From a virus (taxonomy: Duplodnaviria > Caudoviricetes), in the IMG/VR virus record IMGVR_UViG_2841096034_000001: a stretch of DNA of 64,000 bases; one strand, given 5' to 3'. The notes below the pieces were generated by a model. That model was not told the DNA's origin. It worked only from the letters and a program-made list of their open reading frames with translations, and made no database searches. Below, piece after piece: positions 9,586-19,161 of the stretch; position 1 is the first letter of the stretch, and every line of letters starts with the position of its first letter. Made by a program: the position numbers and the translations under genes.

Positions 9586-11487
9586 TTAAGATTCAGGCCC
9601 GCGTTTCTTAATTTTATTTATCCAGTTCTCCGTAGTGTTTCGAGATAAGTTATACGTCCGTTTTGCACTTTGAACCTTAGGATTATTAGTAAATCGCTCA
9701 CCCAACCGATCTTTCATATATCCTCCTACAGTTCGCTGCTCTGTTCTATATTGATTAGACATAGGAATATCATCTGTACTTTTTGGAGCTTTTACGTCTG
9801 GTGTTTCTAATTTGGCGCTTGCAGCTATTTGGTTTGTCTCTTCCTTAGGTTCATTATCGTTTTCATCTAAACGTGCGCTTCCTGTTTCACTACTACCTAT
9901 ATCTTTCTCTTGTTTTTTATCTTTCTTAGGTTGAGTATATATAGGTTGCTCATTGCTTTGGTTCGATGACGGTACGTCCAATCCTCCTGGGGAATCTTCT
10001 TTTGTAGTGTTCATAGAGGACCCTTTCTGAGAAGAAGGATGGGACTGACCCTGAGTTTCATAGCTGGATAAACGATTTCCTGCCTCCGGACTTCTAACTT
10101 CTTTTCCTCCCAACGAACCTTTTTGCCCTTCCTGATTGAATGTCATTGGACTTGGCTCTTGTTTTTTACTGTTTCCTTGACTTCTATTTCCTTCAGTTGA
10201 TGATGAATCATTTTTTCCATCTGTCTTAGATTTCCTCTCATCCTTGCGTCCATAGATACCAGCGACCGCACCAGCTGTCCCGGCACCTGTATTCATCAAG
10301 GCTGATACACCACCACTTGTAATAGCTCCTGCAGCTTTCTTCACGGGAGGTCCGAGTGTTTTAGAAGCTAGGTAACCACCCATCGCCACATGCCAGGCAT
10401 TTTTCAATCCAGCATCAATTCCAAAGAGTTTTTGCACGATATTAGGACCATCAATGACAGCCAAACTTCCTGCAATTAAAGCAATCAGATACCCTAGTCC
10501 TTCAAGATTATTATTTATAAAAGTTGTGTAATACATATACACACGTAGACTTAAGAAAATCATGATAAGCGAAGCAAAAATGCTTCCAATATTCTTAATG
10601 ACCGCTTTCAATCGCTGGCCCGTCGAAATATCCGCATAGGCCATGATTAAGGCCACGATATGATTAAAGCCAAGCTCAAAACAGAGCTTGGCTACTTTAA
10701 TCGATATTAATATCATGGTAAAAGCCATAACGGAAAGAGTTACGATGGCAGTAAACCAATCCACATGCCACCTGTAATAATTTTCTGGAAGGAAATCAAA
10801 CAGACCACTTTTTCCTAACTCAACAAGCCCTTCTTCGCCATTTGATTCCAACCCTACTTTGTTCATTACAAGCTTTTGTCCTTTATTTGATAGGCTATCG
10901 CCATTAGATTTTTCAAAACTATCGTCAATCGTTTCATTAATGGATATTTTATCAATTGAGTCTGGGCTTATATGATGTTGTTCTTCTACATCTGGATCTG
11001 TCCAGTCTGTTTCTTCATAAATGACTATGTCTGTAATATGGTCTTCCATTACTCGATCGGAGGTGGTAAAAGAATCTGTTTGTACTTTCGCTACGTCCAT
11101 CGCATCTCCAGTAAAGTCATTCACTTTCCCCATTCCAAAAGACAACAGAGTAATCGTCATGATAGATATAAATAGGTTCATTGGAATGTCAGATCGATTC
11201 TTTTCTTTATTAAATATTAATCGAAAGCCGATCATTCCCAATGAGATGGCCAGCATAATGTAGAGAGCAGGCTGGATGGTTTCGAGAAAGTTAGTCACGG
11301 GATCGCTCGAAAAGAAATCCGTTAAGGTTAAGACCTGATCAACCATTCCTTCCAGACCATCAACAATCATTTTCAAGAATAATATCGTTCCCCACCCTAC
11401 GATCCTTAACCCAGATGTAAAGATATTATTCGTTGATAAGACTTCGGAAAACCTTAACAATATCTCTAACAGTTCTTCATCGGACAC
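9586..11487 (-). CDS. VirB6-like polytopic conjugation membrane protein (pLS20_p028-like)
   Basis: Multiple TMs, YYRWHVDW, IDGPNIVQKLFGIDAG motif, disordered C-terminus. Confidence 0.8.
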   Translation of the reverse strand: MSDEELLEILLRFSEVLSTNNIFTSGLRIVGWGTILFLKMIVDGLEGMVDQVLTLTDFFSSDPVTNFLETIQPALYIMLAISLGMIGFRLIFNKEKNRSDIPMNLFISIMTITLLSFGMGKVNDFTGDAMDVAKVQTDSFTTSDRVMEDHITDIVIYEETDWTDPDVEEQHHISPDSIDKISINETIDDSFEKSNGDSLSNKGQKLVMNKVGLESNGEEGLVELGKSGLFDFLPENYYRWHVDWFTAIVTLSVMAFTMILISIKVAKLCFELGFNHIVALIMAYADISTGQRLKAVIKNIGSIFASLIMIFLSLRVYMYYTTFINNNLEGLGYLIALIAGSLAVIDGPNIVQKLFGIDAGLKNAWHVAMGGYLASKTLGPPVKKAAGAITSGGVSALMNTGAGTAGAVAGIYGRKDERKSKTDGKNDSSSTEGNRSQGNSKKQEPSPMTFNQEGQKGSLGGKEVRSPEAGNRLSSYETQGQSHPSSQKGSSMNTTKEDSPGGLDVPSSNQSNEQPIYTQPKKDKKQEKDIGSSETGSARLDENDNEPKEETNQIAASAKLETPDVKAPKSTDDIPMSNQYRTEQRTVGGYMKDRLGERFTNNPKVQSAKRTYNLSRNTTENWINKIKKRGPES

Positions 11488-11518
11488 TCCATCACCACCT
11501 TTATTATTTTTCCCTTTT

Positions 11519-14053
11519 TCATCCCTGCTCTACTGGTGTTTCCTGTTCTTCAATTAACTTATCTATTTGTTTGCGAATGTGACTATACACTTGTCGGTTA
11601 ATTTCTTGGTGATCGCCTAAAAGCTTTAAGTTATAAAGAAAAGCTTCCATAGGTTCATCATTCATTTCCTCCTCACTGTGTTCTAAATGAGGAGCAATTT
11701 GTTGGTGGATCAGGGAGAATGTGCTTTTATCAAAGAACTCACCCACTTTTTCCTTCCTCCACCATTCCATAGGTTGTTCTGAATCACTGAATGGTCCATT
11801 TTGTGAGTGATTTTCCATATCCTCTACCGCCTCGTCTGTCTGTGCTTTATTAGAATAGCCAGTTTGAAAATCAATAACTAAGTCTGCTGGATGAACATGG
11901 CGGTGTGGGGTAGAAATCTCTTCTTCCGTAATTGATCTACCTGGACGGAATTCTGAACTAAGATACGTGTGAGCATATTTCATACTGTATTTTCCTGTAT
12001 TATAAATAGGAAAGGCACGAATCTTTCTTCCTTTCTTATCACGACGTAATAGCACACGTCGCACTACCGTATCTCCTTCCTCCAATTCCTGCAGTTCATT
12101 GGCCGTTAGAAGGTCTCTTCCTTCCGTACTTTCCGTTTTCGACTTATCCAGGGAAAAGGTAGATCCAGACCGTGTTTGAGTATTTAACGTTTGCTTTCCT
12201 AACTTGGAAGAAAAATAGGAAGCAGAATCATAGTCCGCACTCAATATATAAATTTCATTTCCGCAGTTACCTCGGATTGTGGCTTGCCCATCTTCTCCAT
12301 ACAAATCTTTTAATTGAGCATAGGATTGAACAACTAAGTGAAAGCGAATGTTTCTTCCCAAACATACCGTAATTTTATTTTCCATATCTGCTATCGCAGG
12401 CATATTACCGAACTCATCTAACATGAAGACCACTTCTCGTAAGCACTTTTGTCCTTTGGCAATGGCTGCATTTTTTGATAATACATAATACAATTGGCTA
12501 ACGAAAATAGACGGTATAGCATGAGTAGACGTATCATAATCCGGTGTAACCATAAACACAGCAATTGGCTTATTGGAGTAAATAATTTCTTTTACTTCAA
12601 TAATGCCTCTAGCAAAAATATAAGAGAAGGAAACCTTGCCCGTTTCCTCATCTACTTTGTCAATCCGAATTGTCATATTATCCTTTTGAACTTCTTTATC
12701 CTTTGAATTTCCAGGAACAGAATCTTGAGAAATCACTAAATGATCTCCAGCTTCTAATGAGGTATTAAAGTTAATGGTCCATGTCCCACTCTCTCCAGAT
12801 TGATTGATTTCAGTGGTTCCATCCGGGAATGAAATTATTACTTTGGAAAAAGGGCGACCTCGCCCCTTAATACTTTGACCGAAGCCCACTCTTTTTAAAT
12901 CCAAAGAGTTTTTTGCTGTCATTTTAGCTGTTTCACTCATTGTGAATTTCGTCAATCCATTCATCGCTGTCGTAAAAATGCTTGATCGAGTATTCCCTTT
13001 GGAAAAATTACTCGTTGCATATTGACCTTTCGCTACATGGGATTGGGGTAGTTCTTGGAAGAATTGATCCAATGCATTGTACTCTTGGCCATCTTCATCC
13101 ATTTCATTTCTAGTCCCTAACTCTGAGAGCATGTTGGCGACCGTGTACATCGTAATTTTCTCTTCCATCCCTTCGGTTATGCTTTTCTCTGTAACCGCAA
13201 GGATCATAGCATTCACAAGTGATTTAGCTGAATCATCCCACATAGGTTCTTTAGCATTCGGATTGTGGTAAAGCATATGAGTAATGGTTTCGCAAAGAGT
13301 TTGAGCTGTAGAATAATCCCCATCCTTATAAGATTGTTTAACCAACTCTAGCAAATTGAAGCTCATGCTTTGCATGGGATTCATTAAGTTTAAGACCTCA
13401 ACCTCATAACCTCTTCTCTCCAGCGTCTCCCGGCTAGAAGCAAATAACTCGCCTTTAGGATCATTGATGACTAAAGAGGGCTGATATTCAGCACGAGAGT
13501 ATGCATCTATGGTTGGAATAACATAGGTTTGGCCCTTACCACTCCTTGTCGTACCAATAATTAGATTATTGACAGGTGACGGATCAATAAAAGCTTTGTC
13601 CCCTTTTCTAGATAACACAGGGCCTCCTTTACCTTTATATGGTTGTTTTCGATCAGGAATGGCCCTGTACTGTTGTTGAATTTCTTTTCTCGTTGCAAAT
13701 CTCTGGGAACCTTTTTCGTCCGTGCCTACGGGTTTAAAGTTACTTCTAAGTTTGTAAATCATGTTGGCTATACCGACTAAGCCGATTAAGGCCGCTATTC
13801 CATAGTAGAGAGGTTGTTCTTGCATATGAAAATCTGTCAAAAATGAAGCTTTAATTTCTATTGGTTTACTGAATTCTGGGAAAGTCTTTAAGGTTGACCA
13901 CATGGCATATCCCAAATTCCATACGAAAGTACTGACCAGCATCGTGGATATAAAAAAACAGATGCTTAGGAGAATAAGCACCTGTTTTTTAGCAATGACT
14001 GATTTCAAATGAATCACCCTCTTATATATTGTTCTTTTGGCCCTCCAGCTCAT
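11519..14053 (-). CDS. virD4: VirD4/TraG type IV coupling protein, with internal Ig-like insertion
   Basis: Two N-terminal TMs, Walker A GTTRSGKG, NDPKGEL, Walker B FMLDEFGN. Confidence 0.92.
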   Translation of the reverse strand: MSWRAKRTIYKRVIHLKSVIAKKQVLILLSICFFISTMLVSTFVWNLGYAMWSTLKTFPEFSKPIEIKASFLTDFHMQEQPLYYGIAALIGLVGIANMIYKLRSNFKPVGTDEKGSQRFATRKEIQQQYRAIPDRKQPYKGKGGPVLSRKGDKAFIDPSPVNNLIIGTTRSGKGQTYVIPTIDAYSRAEYQPSLVINDPKGELFASSRETLERRGYEVEVLNLMNPMQSMSFNLLELVKQSYKDGDYSTAQTLCETITHMLYHNPNAKEPMWDDSAKSLVNAMILAVTEKSITEGMEEKITMYTVANMLSELGTRNEMDEDGQEYNALDQFFQELPQSHVAKGQYATSNFSKGNTRSSIFTTAMNGLTKFTMSETAKMTAKNSLDLKRVGFGQSIKGRGRPFSKVIISFPDGTTEINQSGESGTWTINFNTSLEAGDHLVISQDSVPGNSKDKEVQKDNMTIRIDKVDEETGKVSFSYIFARGIIEVKEIIYSNKPIAVFMVTPDYDTSTHAIPSIFVSQLYYVLSKNAAIAKGQKCLREVVFMLDEFGNMPAIADMENKITVCLGRNIRFHLVVQSYAQLKDLYGEDGQATIRGNCGNEIYILSADYDSASYFSSKLGKQTLNTQTRSGSTFSLDKSKTESTEGRDLLTANELQELEEGDTVVRRVLLRRDKKGRKIRAFPIYNTGKYSMKYAHTYLSSEFRPGRSITEEEISTPHRHVHPADLVIDFQTGYSNKAQTDEAVEDMENHSQNGPFSDSEQPMEWWRKEKVGEFFDKSTFSLIHQQIAPHLEHSEEEMNDEPMEAFLYNLKLLGDHQEINRQVYSHIRKQIDKLIEEQETPVEQG

Positions 14054-15131
14054 CTTGTTGTTCCTTAAGCGAATCGATTTTAGATTGATTTTGATCTTCC
14101 GACTTTTTCTCTGTTTCTATTTGGCTGTTTATCTTCGTCAACTGTTCCTCAATTTCTTGATACTCATTAATCTTTTTATTCAGTTCATCATTTTTCGCTT
14201 CACTGGCCATCTTTTTTGCATCTTCCAATTGACCAAGCCTCAAATAAGCGATCCCCTTTTGTTTATACAGTTCAGGAGACATCGCCATATCTTGAATATC
14301 CACCGCCTGTTTGTATTCCCCATTATGAAAGGCTATTTTAAATTCACCCAAAGGACTTGGATAAGCTTCTTGAAAGGAAATCAATTCTTCCAGACCATGA
14401 ACTTTCATGACTTGCTCAGCCAGTGAAGAAGAGTTTTCCTTGCCTACATATTGCAAAGCTTGATCATACTTTTTAAGTTCCACCAGAAAATGAAGCAATG
14501 TTTTGCGCTCCGATTCCGTTAAGGTTTCCATTCCTTGTAACTGATCAACAGCTTTTTTCTGCTGACCTGTCCAATAACCTTCATAAGCCGTTTTTACATT
14601 CTCCGTTTTTTCCAGCTCTTGTGTTGTGGCTCTTAGATCTTTGCCTTGATTGCTTAGAAGTATAAATAGAGTGATGGATGTAACTATGGCTACCACTAAT
14701 GTGGTACTGATCATACTCACAAAAAATTTGCCACGCTTACCAAGTTGCTTCCAACTCGATTTTTGTACTTCCTTTTCTTTCAATACTCCTGTCATATCAA
14801 TTTGATAAGATGCTGGTGTATTAGAAGTTAATTGTTGAAGGAAGACATCCCTTTTTGTTTCTTCATTTTTATTTTGCATGGGTAACTCTAAAAGCTTTTG
14901 ACAAACATGGTCATAAATATTTGATGTTCCTTCTGCTCCCATTTCATATGAGCCGTTGTACAGCTTGTCTCCTTCTTCATTAAATATCATGAAATCTAGC
15001 AGAATTGGCTTGGCATTTTTCTTCTTTAATTTAGCATCCAATTCTGCTGTTAGAACGACAATTTCCTGGAAGGAATAAGGGTGAAAGCTTGAAATTTCAC
15101 CATCCATTTTTGATGTGAATAATACCCTCAT
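14022..15131 (-). CDS. single-TM conjugation protein with helical-repeat/coiled-coil C-terminus
   Basis: Central TM helix, TPR-like YKQKGIAYLRLGQLEDA segment. Confidence 0.6.
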   Translation of the reverse strand: MRVLFTSKMDGEISSFHPYSFQEIVVLTAELDAKLKKKNAKPILLDFMIFNEEGDKLYNGSYEMGAEGTSNIYDHVCQKLLELPMQNKNEETKRDVFLQQLTSNTPASYQIDMTGVLKEKEVQKSSWKQLGKRGKFFVSMISTTLVVAIVTSITLFILLSNQGKDLRATTQELEKTENVKTAYEGYWTGQQKKAVDQLQGMETLTESERKTLLHFLVELKKYDQALQYVGKENSSSLAEQVMKVHGLEELISFQEAYPSPLGEFKIAFHNGEYKQAVDIQDMAMSPELYKQKGIAYLRLGQLEDAKKMASEAKNDELNKKINEYQEIEEQLTKINSQIETEKKSEDQNQSKIDSLKEQQDELEGQKNNI

Positions 15132-15145
15132 AAACCTACACTCCT

Positions 15146-15409
15146 TTAAAAGATCACCTGACTGTCAATGTATTCAGCGATAGCTGTAGCTCCCATTAGA
15201 ACGACAAGTCCAACGGCACCACCAATGAACCACACGATAGAGCTTTGGCGGCCTCTAACTCCACCCCAGATAAGATGGTAGGCTCCTATACCAAAAGCAA
15301 TGGCAGCCGAGATAATACCCAAAAGCTGCATGGCGGTTAAAATTGATGCCCCTGTAGATTGTAAATTACTAATGGCAGCAAGCATGGAATAATCTGCAAA
15401 GTACTTCAT
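15146..15409 (-). CDS. TrbC/VirB2-like pilin
   Basis: 87 aa, two hydrophobic helices separated by GGVRGRQS, pilin-like pattern. Confidence 0.65.
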   Translation of the reverse strand: MKYFADYSMLAAISNLQSTGASILTAMQLLGIISAAIAFGIGAYHLIWGGVRGRQSSIVWFIGGAVGLVVLMGATAIAEYIDSQVIF

Positions 15410-15424
15410 TAAAATCTCCCCTTA

Positions 15425-15619
15425 TTAAATATTTTTGTTCTTGTTTTCTTCATCCACCCCTTTGTAATGGAGCAATGACTTCATAACGACATCTTGGTTT
15501 TGTTGAATGTAGTCTTGATGTTTTTCATGAAGCCACTCGTTGTAAGAAATGTCTTGGATGGTTAGCAGTGTCTGAACTAAGTCTTTTGATTGCTTAAGTT
15601 CACGATTAGTAACGCCCAT
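15425..15619 (-). CDS. small hypothetical protein (64 aa)
   Basis: ORF with GGTGA RBS, in operon. Confidence 0.55.
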   Translation of the reverse strand: MGVTNRELKQSKDLVQTLLTIQDISYNEWLHEKHQDYIQQNQDVVMKSLLHYKGVDEENKNKNI

Positions 15620-15652
15620 TCACCTTCACCCCCTTTCAAGGTTTTTGTCCAT

Positions 15653-15684
15653 AAAAAAAGAAGCGATCTATTAAAGATCACTTC
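15653..15684 (-). terminator. intrinsic terminator inside the conjugation operon
   Basis: Minus strand GAAGTGATCT-ttaat-AGATCGCTTC followed by T7. Confidence 0.75.
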
Positions 15685-15686
15685 CA

Positions 15687-16127
15687 TTAGGATGAAGTTT
15701 CGTTGATGAATTTTTGTATAGCTTGATCCCTATCTTCAAGGGTTTGGTATTTCTGTGTTTTTAAGGAGATACGGTTCTGTAATTGTCCACCCTCATAATA
15801 ACTTAGAGATTGGAAGAGTTCACTACCTTCCAAACCTATTTCATTCAGATCCATATCCCCATCAAGAATTTTTTGATTCTGAGCATTAATTTCTTTCACA
15901 TTAATTTCTTCAATATTCTCTTCCACTACCTTGATATGTTCATCTCTTTTTTCTTCCTCAGACGCATCAGTTACTAAAATATAAACATTGTCACTGTCTT
16001 GCAGAGTTTCTTTCATCTCACCTGGTGATAATGACTCGACTTGACCTGTGGCTCCTTGAGATCCGCAACCAACTAGGATTAAAACTACAACAAATCCAGC
16101 CAAACCACCGACCCAACGCTTTGCCAT
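15687..16127 (-). CDS. lipoprotein with thioredoxin-like fold lacking CxxC (surface-exclusion candidate)
   Basis: Lipobox LVGC; LSPGEMKETL...VYILV...LSYYEGGQLQNRI resembles thioredoxin-fold pattern; near the start of the conjugation operon. Confidence 0.6.
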   Translation of the reverse strand: MAKRWVGGLAGFVVVLILVGCGSQGATGQVESLSPGEMKETLQDSDNVYILVTDASEEEKRDEHIKVVEENIEEINVKEINAQNQKILDGDMDLNEIGLEGSELFQSLSYYEGGQLQNRISLKTQKYQTLEDRDQAIQKFINETSS

Positions 16128-16154
16128 CAGATCAATCTCCTCTCAAGTGATTTG

Positions 16155-16537
16155 TATAACGATTCTAACACCTACTCAAATATAAATCCACATTATGGAA
16201 GATAGATCTTTATTATTAATGATTGTTTATGGCGAGATACAATCAACCCTATGTAGAAGGATTATTCTTTCTACAATGCACAACGTTTCTAGCCTATACG
16301 AAGAACTTTATGTATCTAGGATAAACTATACAAAGCTTCATCAGTTTATACCTCACTTTATATAAGTAAACCATAATAGATACAACGCTTACCGGGTCAC
16401 AAGATGCGTTTCACGTAACACGCACCAAACGGTAATCGACTGTTAGGAAAGTTCAATGACCTTTCAGTTTCCTAACGTAGATATATACTTTTCAATGTTC
16501 AATATGTGCTATTTAAGCACGTGTTAAAATCGTTATA
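16155..16537 (-). ncRNA. large structured non-coding RNA (conAn2-like antiterminator candidate)
   Basis: 17-bp closing inverted repeat (16155-16171 vs 16521-16537, one G-U on the minus strand) enclosing at least six internal hairpins; no credible ORF. Confidence 0.65.
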
Positions 16538-16538
16538 T

Positions 16539-16772
16539 TTACTTCACAGGTTTCAGCTCACTCATAGGGTTTTTGCGTTTAGCAATGGTTCTGAATTGAT
16601 CATCTTTTACGGTTCGAATTCGATAATAGATACTGGCCAGCTTTTCAGTAGTACCATGACGATCAACCGCCCAAATACCACGCACATCATATCTTTTTCC
16701 TTCAAAGGTTTTTACATTGTCAGCTTGTGAAGCAATGTCATAATAAGCAAAGTGCTTTTTATTTGATTTCAC
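16539..16772 (-). CDS. small basic protein (77 aa), candidate partner of the adjacent RNA
   Basis: GGGAGG/AAGGTG RBS; stop codon abuts the RNA closing stem. Confidence 0.6.
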   Translation of the reverse strand: MKSNKKHFAYYDIASQADNVKTFEGKRYDVRGIWAVDRHGTTEKLASIYYRIRTVKDDQFRTIAKRKNPMSELKPVK

Positions 16773-16791
16773 CTTATCTTACCTCCCAAGT

Positions 16792-17814
16792 TTATGGTTC
16801 TCCCGCCACACTAAGCTTCAATTGTTCTAATAAAATGTCTATAGCTGAGCATTTACCATCCCTGATAGAAGCTATATCTTCTTCGGAAAGATTATATCGA
16901 TCATCAATGGATTCAAGAATATTCTCTCTCGATCTTTTTAGCTTAATCGCTAACTCAATGGTTCGAGCTGTATCTTCGATGCTAGGTTTTTTATTTATAT
17001 GATGCTTTTCTTGTTCTTCACGGTTTTTAAACCATTCCGGTAATACCTCCTGACTTTGTGATTGTTTGGAATACGTAGCTTTATTAGCCTGCTTGTTCTT
17101 ATATTCAACTTCTTCAGCATCCGCCTGTTCTACTGTTCGTATCCCTTTATTTATCCAGGATTGAAGGATGCTCTTAACGTAGCCCCATGTCGGTTTATTT
17201 CGGTCCAAGGAACGCTTCATAGCCTCCACAATTAATGGATCCCCAAGGTCTTCAACCCATTTCACTATTTCTTCTGAGATTTGAGGACGTATAATCCCAA
17301 AGTTGTTTTGGTAAAATTGAATGCTGTCACAATCCAATCGTTCAGAAGTTGTTGTAGTAATGAATTCTTTTACATTCTTAACTTCTTTAAGTTCTCTGCC
17401 ATTCTTGTATGTGTCTTTCTGCTGTCTCTCTGATGACGAGGAGTTGTCGTCTTGCTGTTTTTCTGCTGTTGTTTTGTTGTCGTATTCTTCATCGTTAGAT
17501 TGATAAATCCCCCAGTTTTCAACGGTTATTACACTATATTTGTTGGTGGTATTTATACTAATGACACTGTCTTCCTGAAGTATTTTTATATAGTCACGAA
17601 CGGTGGATTCATTCATACTTAATTCAGAAGCAGCTTTTTTACGGCCAAATATAAATTGTCCAGGTTTAAGAGTAACCTTTTGCCTCCCTACTCTCGATTC
17701 TGTACTTTTATGGCTTGCCTTCGTCAGACAATAAATGAACACTTTTAACAACTTCTCATTTTCGAAAATTTCACTATGAAGAATTTTACGATGCAGCTTT
17801 AACCACCCCTGCAC
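16792..17814 (-). CDS. phage-type replisome organizer / DnaD-domain protein
   Basis: GWLKLHRKI...LKPGQFIFGRKKAA wHTH N-terminus; DnaD motif FYQNNFG...WGYVKSILQSWINKGIRT. Confidence 0.85.
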   Translation of the reverse strand: MQGWLKLHRKILHSEIFENEKLLKVFIYCLTKASHKSTESRVGRQKVTLKPGQFIFGRKKAASELSMNESTVRDYIKILQEDSVISINTTNKYSVITVENWGIYQSNDEEYDNKTTAEKQQDDNSSSSERQQKDTYKNGRELKEVKNVKEFITTTTSERLDCDSIQFYQNNFGIIRPQISEEIVKWVEDLGDPLIVEAMKRSLDRNKPTWGYVKSILQSWINKGIRTVEQADAEEVEYKNKQANKATYSKQSQSQEVLPEWFKNREEQEKHHINKKPSIEDTARTIELAIKLKRSRENILESIDDRYNLSEEDIASIRDGKCSAIDILLEQLKLSVAGEP

Positions 17815-17825
17815 AACCTCACCTC

Positions 17826-18317
17826 CTAATTTATTAATCTCTTAGAATATAGAGTTTGGTGATGATCCTTCCAAAGCTTTAGCCAATTGATTTCATATCT
17901 TTCACAAACAGTAGCTAAATACAGGGTAGAGAAATGAATAACACCAGTCATAACTTCAGCTGATTTCCGTATGTCATGAATCTTAATAGAGTGCTTATCG
18001 TGTAATTTTACAGTTAAATTTACATTAGCTAATACATTAATAGCCTTCTGTAGTTCTTCCTCTAATAGAAGTTGTAAGAGAAAATTATCCTCTTCTACTT
18101 CCGGTCCCTCTAAGCGAGAGATCCCCCACCCAACATATTCATTAACAGATTCAAGTGCTAACCAAGGATTGTTATACTTCTCAATAAAGTATTTAGTGGA
18201 TACAGGAGGAATCTTCCGTTCTCCCCCTTCCTGTTTAGAGATATACTCTCTTGACTGAAACATATCTACAGCTAACTGTTGCTGGGTTTTATTTTTGTTT
18301 TTCCTTAAATCCTTCAT
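17826..18317 (-). CDS. XRE-HTH protein (phage-like early gene)
   Basis: TQQQLAVDMFQSREYISKQEGGERK HTH. Confidence 0.7.
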   Translation of the reverse strand: MKDLRKNKNKTQQQLAVDMFQSREYISKQEGGERKIPPVSTKYFIEKYNNPWLALESVNEYVGWGISRLEGPEVEEDNFLLQLLLEEELQKAINVLANVNLTVKLHDKHSIKIHDIRKSAEVMTGVIHFSTLYLATVCERYEINWLKLWKDHHQTLYSKRLIN

Positions 18318-18416
18318 TAACTGCGCTGATTTGCTTTTATTAATAGTTTCCCCCTCCTTACTTATTGATTTGTACCATTGATTGCTTTCTCAGAGGTATA
18401 TACTAGATTCATAGAG

Positions 18417-18740
18417 TCAAACAACACCAAAGTTTCTTTCCGGAGCAATATCATCAGATACATCAACATGATTTCTAATCCATGTAATGACTAAATCCTT
18501 GGGGTAAAGTGTCCGGCCACCTACATGAACTTTTGGAAAGTCCTTGCGCTTTAATACGTGAGCATCAAGAGATTGTACACTGACATTAAACACACGCTCA
18601 GCTAATTTTGTTCGATCAAGTAAATAGGGTAATTCCATTTCTTTCTGAACATCTTCTTGTGCTTTTTTAGCAATATCATAAAAAATATCATAAACCTTGT
18701 TATTAAAATCAGATTCGGGTTGCAGTTTAGCTTCAAACAT
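18417..18740 (-). CDS. excisionase-like HTH DNA-binding protein
   Basis: LLDRTKLAERVFNVSVQSLD...DFPKVHVGGRTLYPKDLVITWI MerR/Xis-type pattern. Confidence 0.6.
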   Translation of the reverse strand: MFEAKLQPESDFNNKVYDIFYDIAKKAQEDVQKEMELPYLLDRTKLAERVFNVSVQSLDAHVLKRKDFPKVHVGGRTLYPKDLVITWIRNHVDVSDDIAPERNFGVV

Positions 18741-18980
18741 CTACAACATCTCCTTATAAGTTTTTTGTTCCTTTAAGGAACATTGGTTTTCAAAAAAATT
18801 TGTCCACTTGAACTCTAGGGCAAAAGCTATGTCCTTCGCTGTTTCTACTGTAGGATTTTTAACTCCTGATTCAATATGGGTATAATAGCTTCTCGATATG
18901 TTTGATTTAATAGCTGTTTGTTTTTGCGTTAAATCCTTCTGAAGTCGAATCTCTTTTAACCACATCCTCAATATATTCAC
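18741..18980 (-). CDS. Cro-like XRE HTH regulator
   Basis: LTQKQTAIKSNISRSYYTHIESGVKNPT; divergent from immR. Confidence 0.85.
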   Translation of the reverse strand: MNILRMWLKEIRLQKDLTQKQTAIKSNISRSYYTHIESGVKNPTVETAKDIAFALEFKWTNFFENQCSLKEQKTYKEML

Positions 18981-19114
18981 CTCCTAAAGTTCCTTTAAGG
19001 AACATCTTACAATGTATTATAAGTTCCTTTAGGTAACATTGTCAACAATATCCATATAATTTTTTTACACTTTTAGGAACTTTTCTTTAAGTTACTTTGA
19101 GAAACATTTATAAT
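18767..19114. promoter_or_regulatory. divergent immR/cro promoters with five 15-bp operator palindromes (GTTCCTTTAAGGAAC consensus)
   Basis: Copies at 18767, 18989, 19023, 19066 and 19091; leftward TTGACA(19045-19040)-18bp-TATAAT(19021-19016); rightward TATAAT at 19109. Confidence 0.75.
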
Positions 19115-19161
19115 GGATACATAACACACTTTAATCTAGTGAAAAGCATGGTGGTATAAAC

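Noticed and set aside
16280-16350. CTGATGA...GAAAC on the minus strand, resembling a hammerhead ribozyme core
   Set aside because: Stem II closure and the stem I/III with NUH cleavage site could not be built; CTGATGA lies inside the ATAAACT/AGTTTAT hairpin
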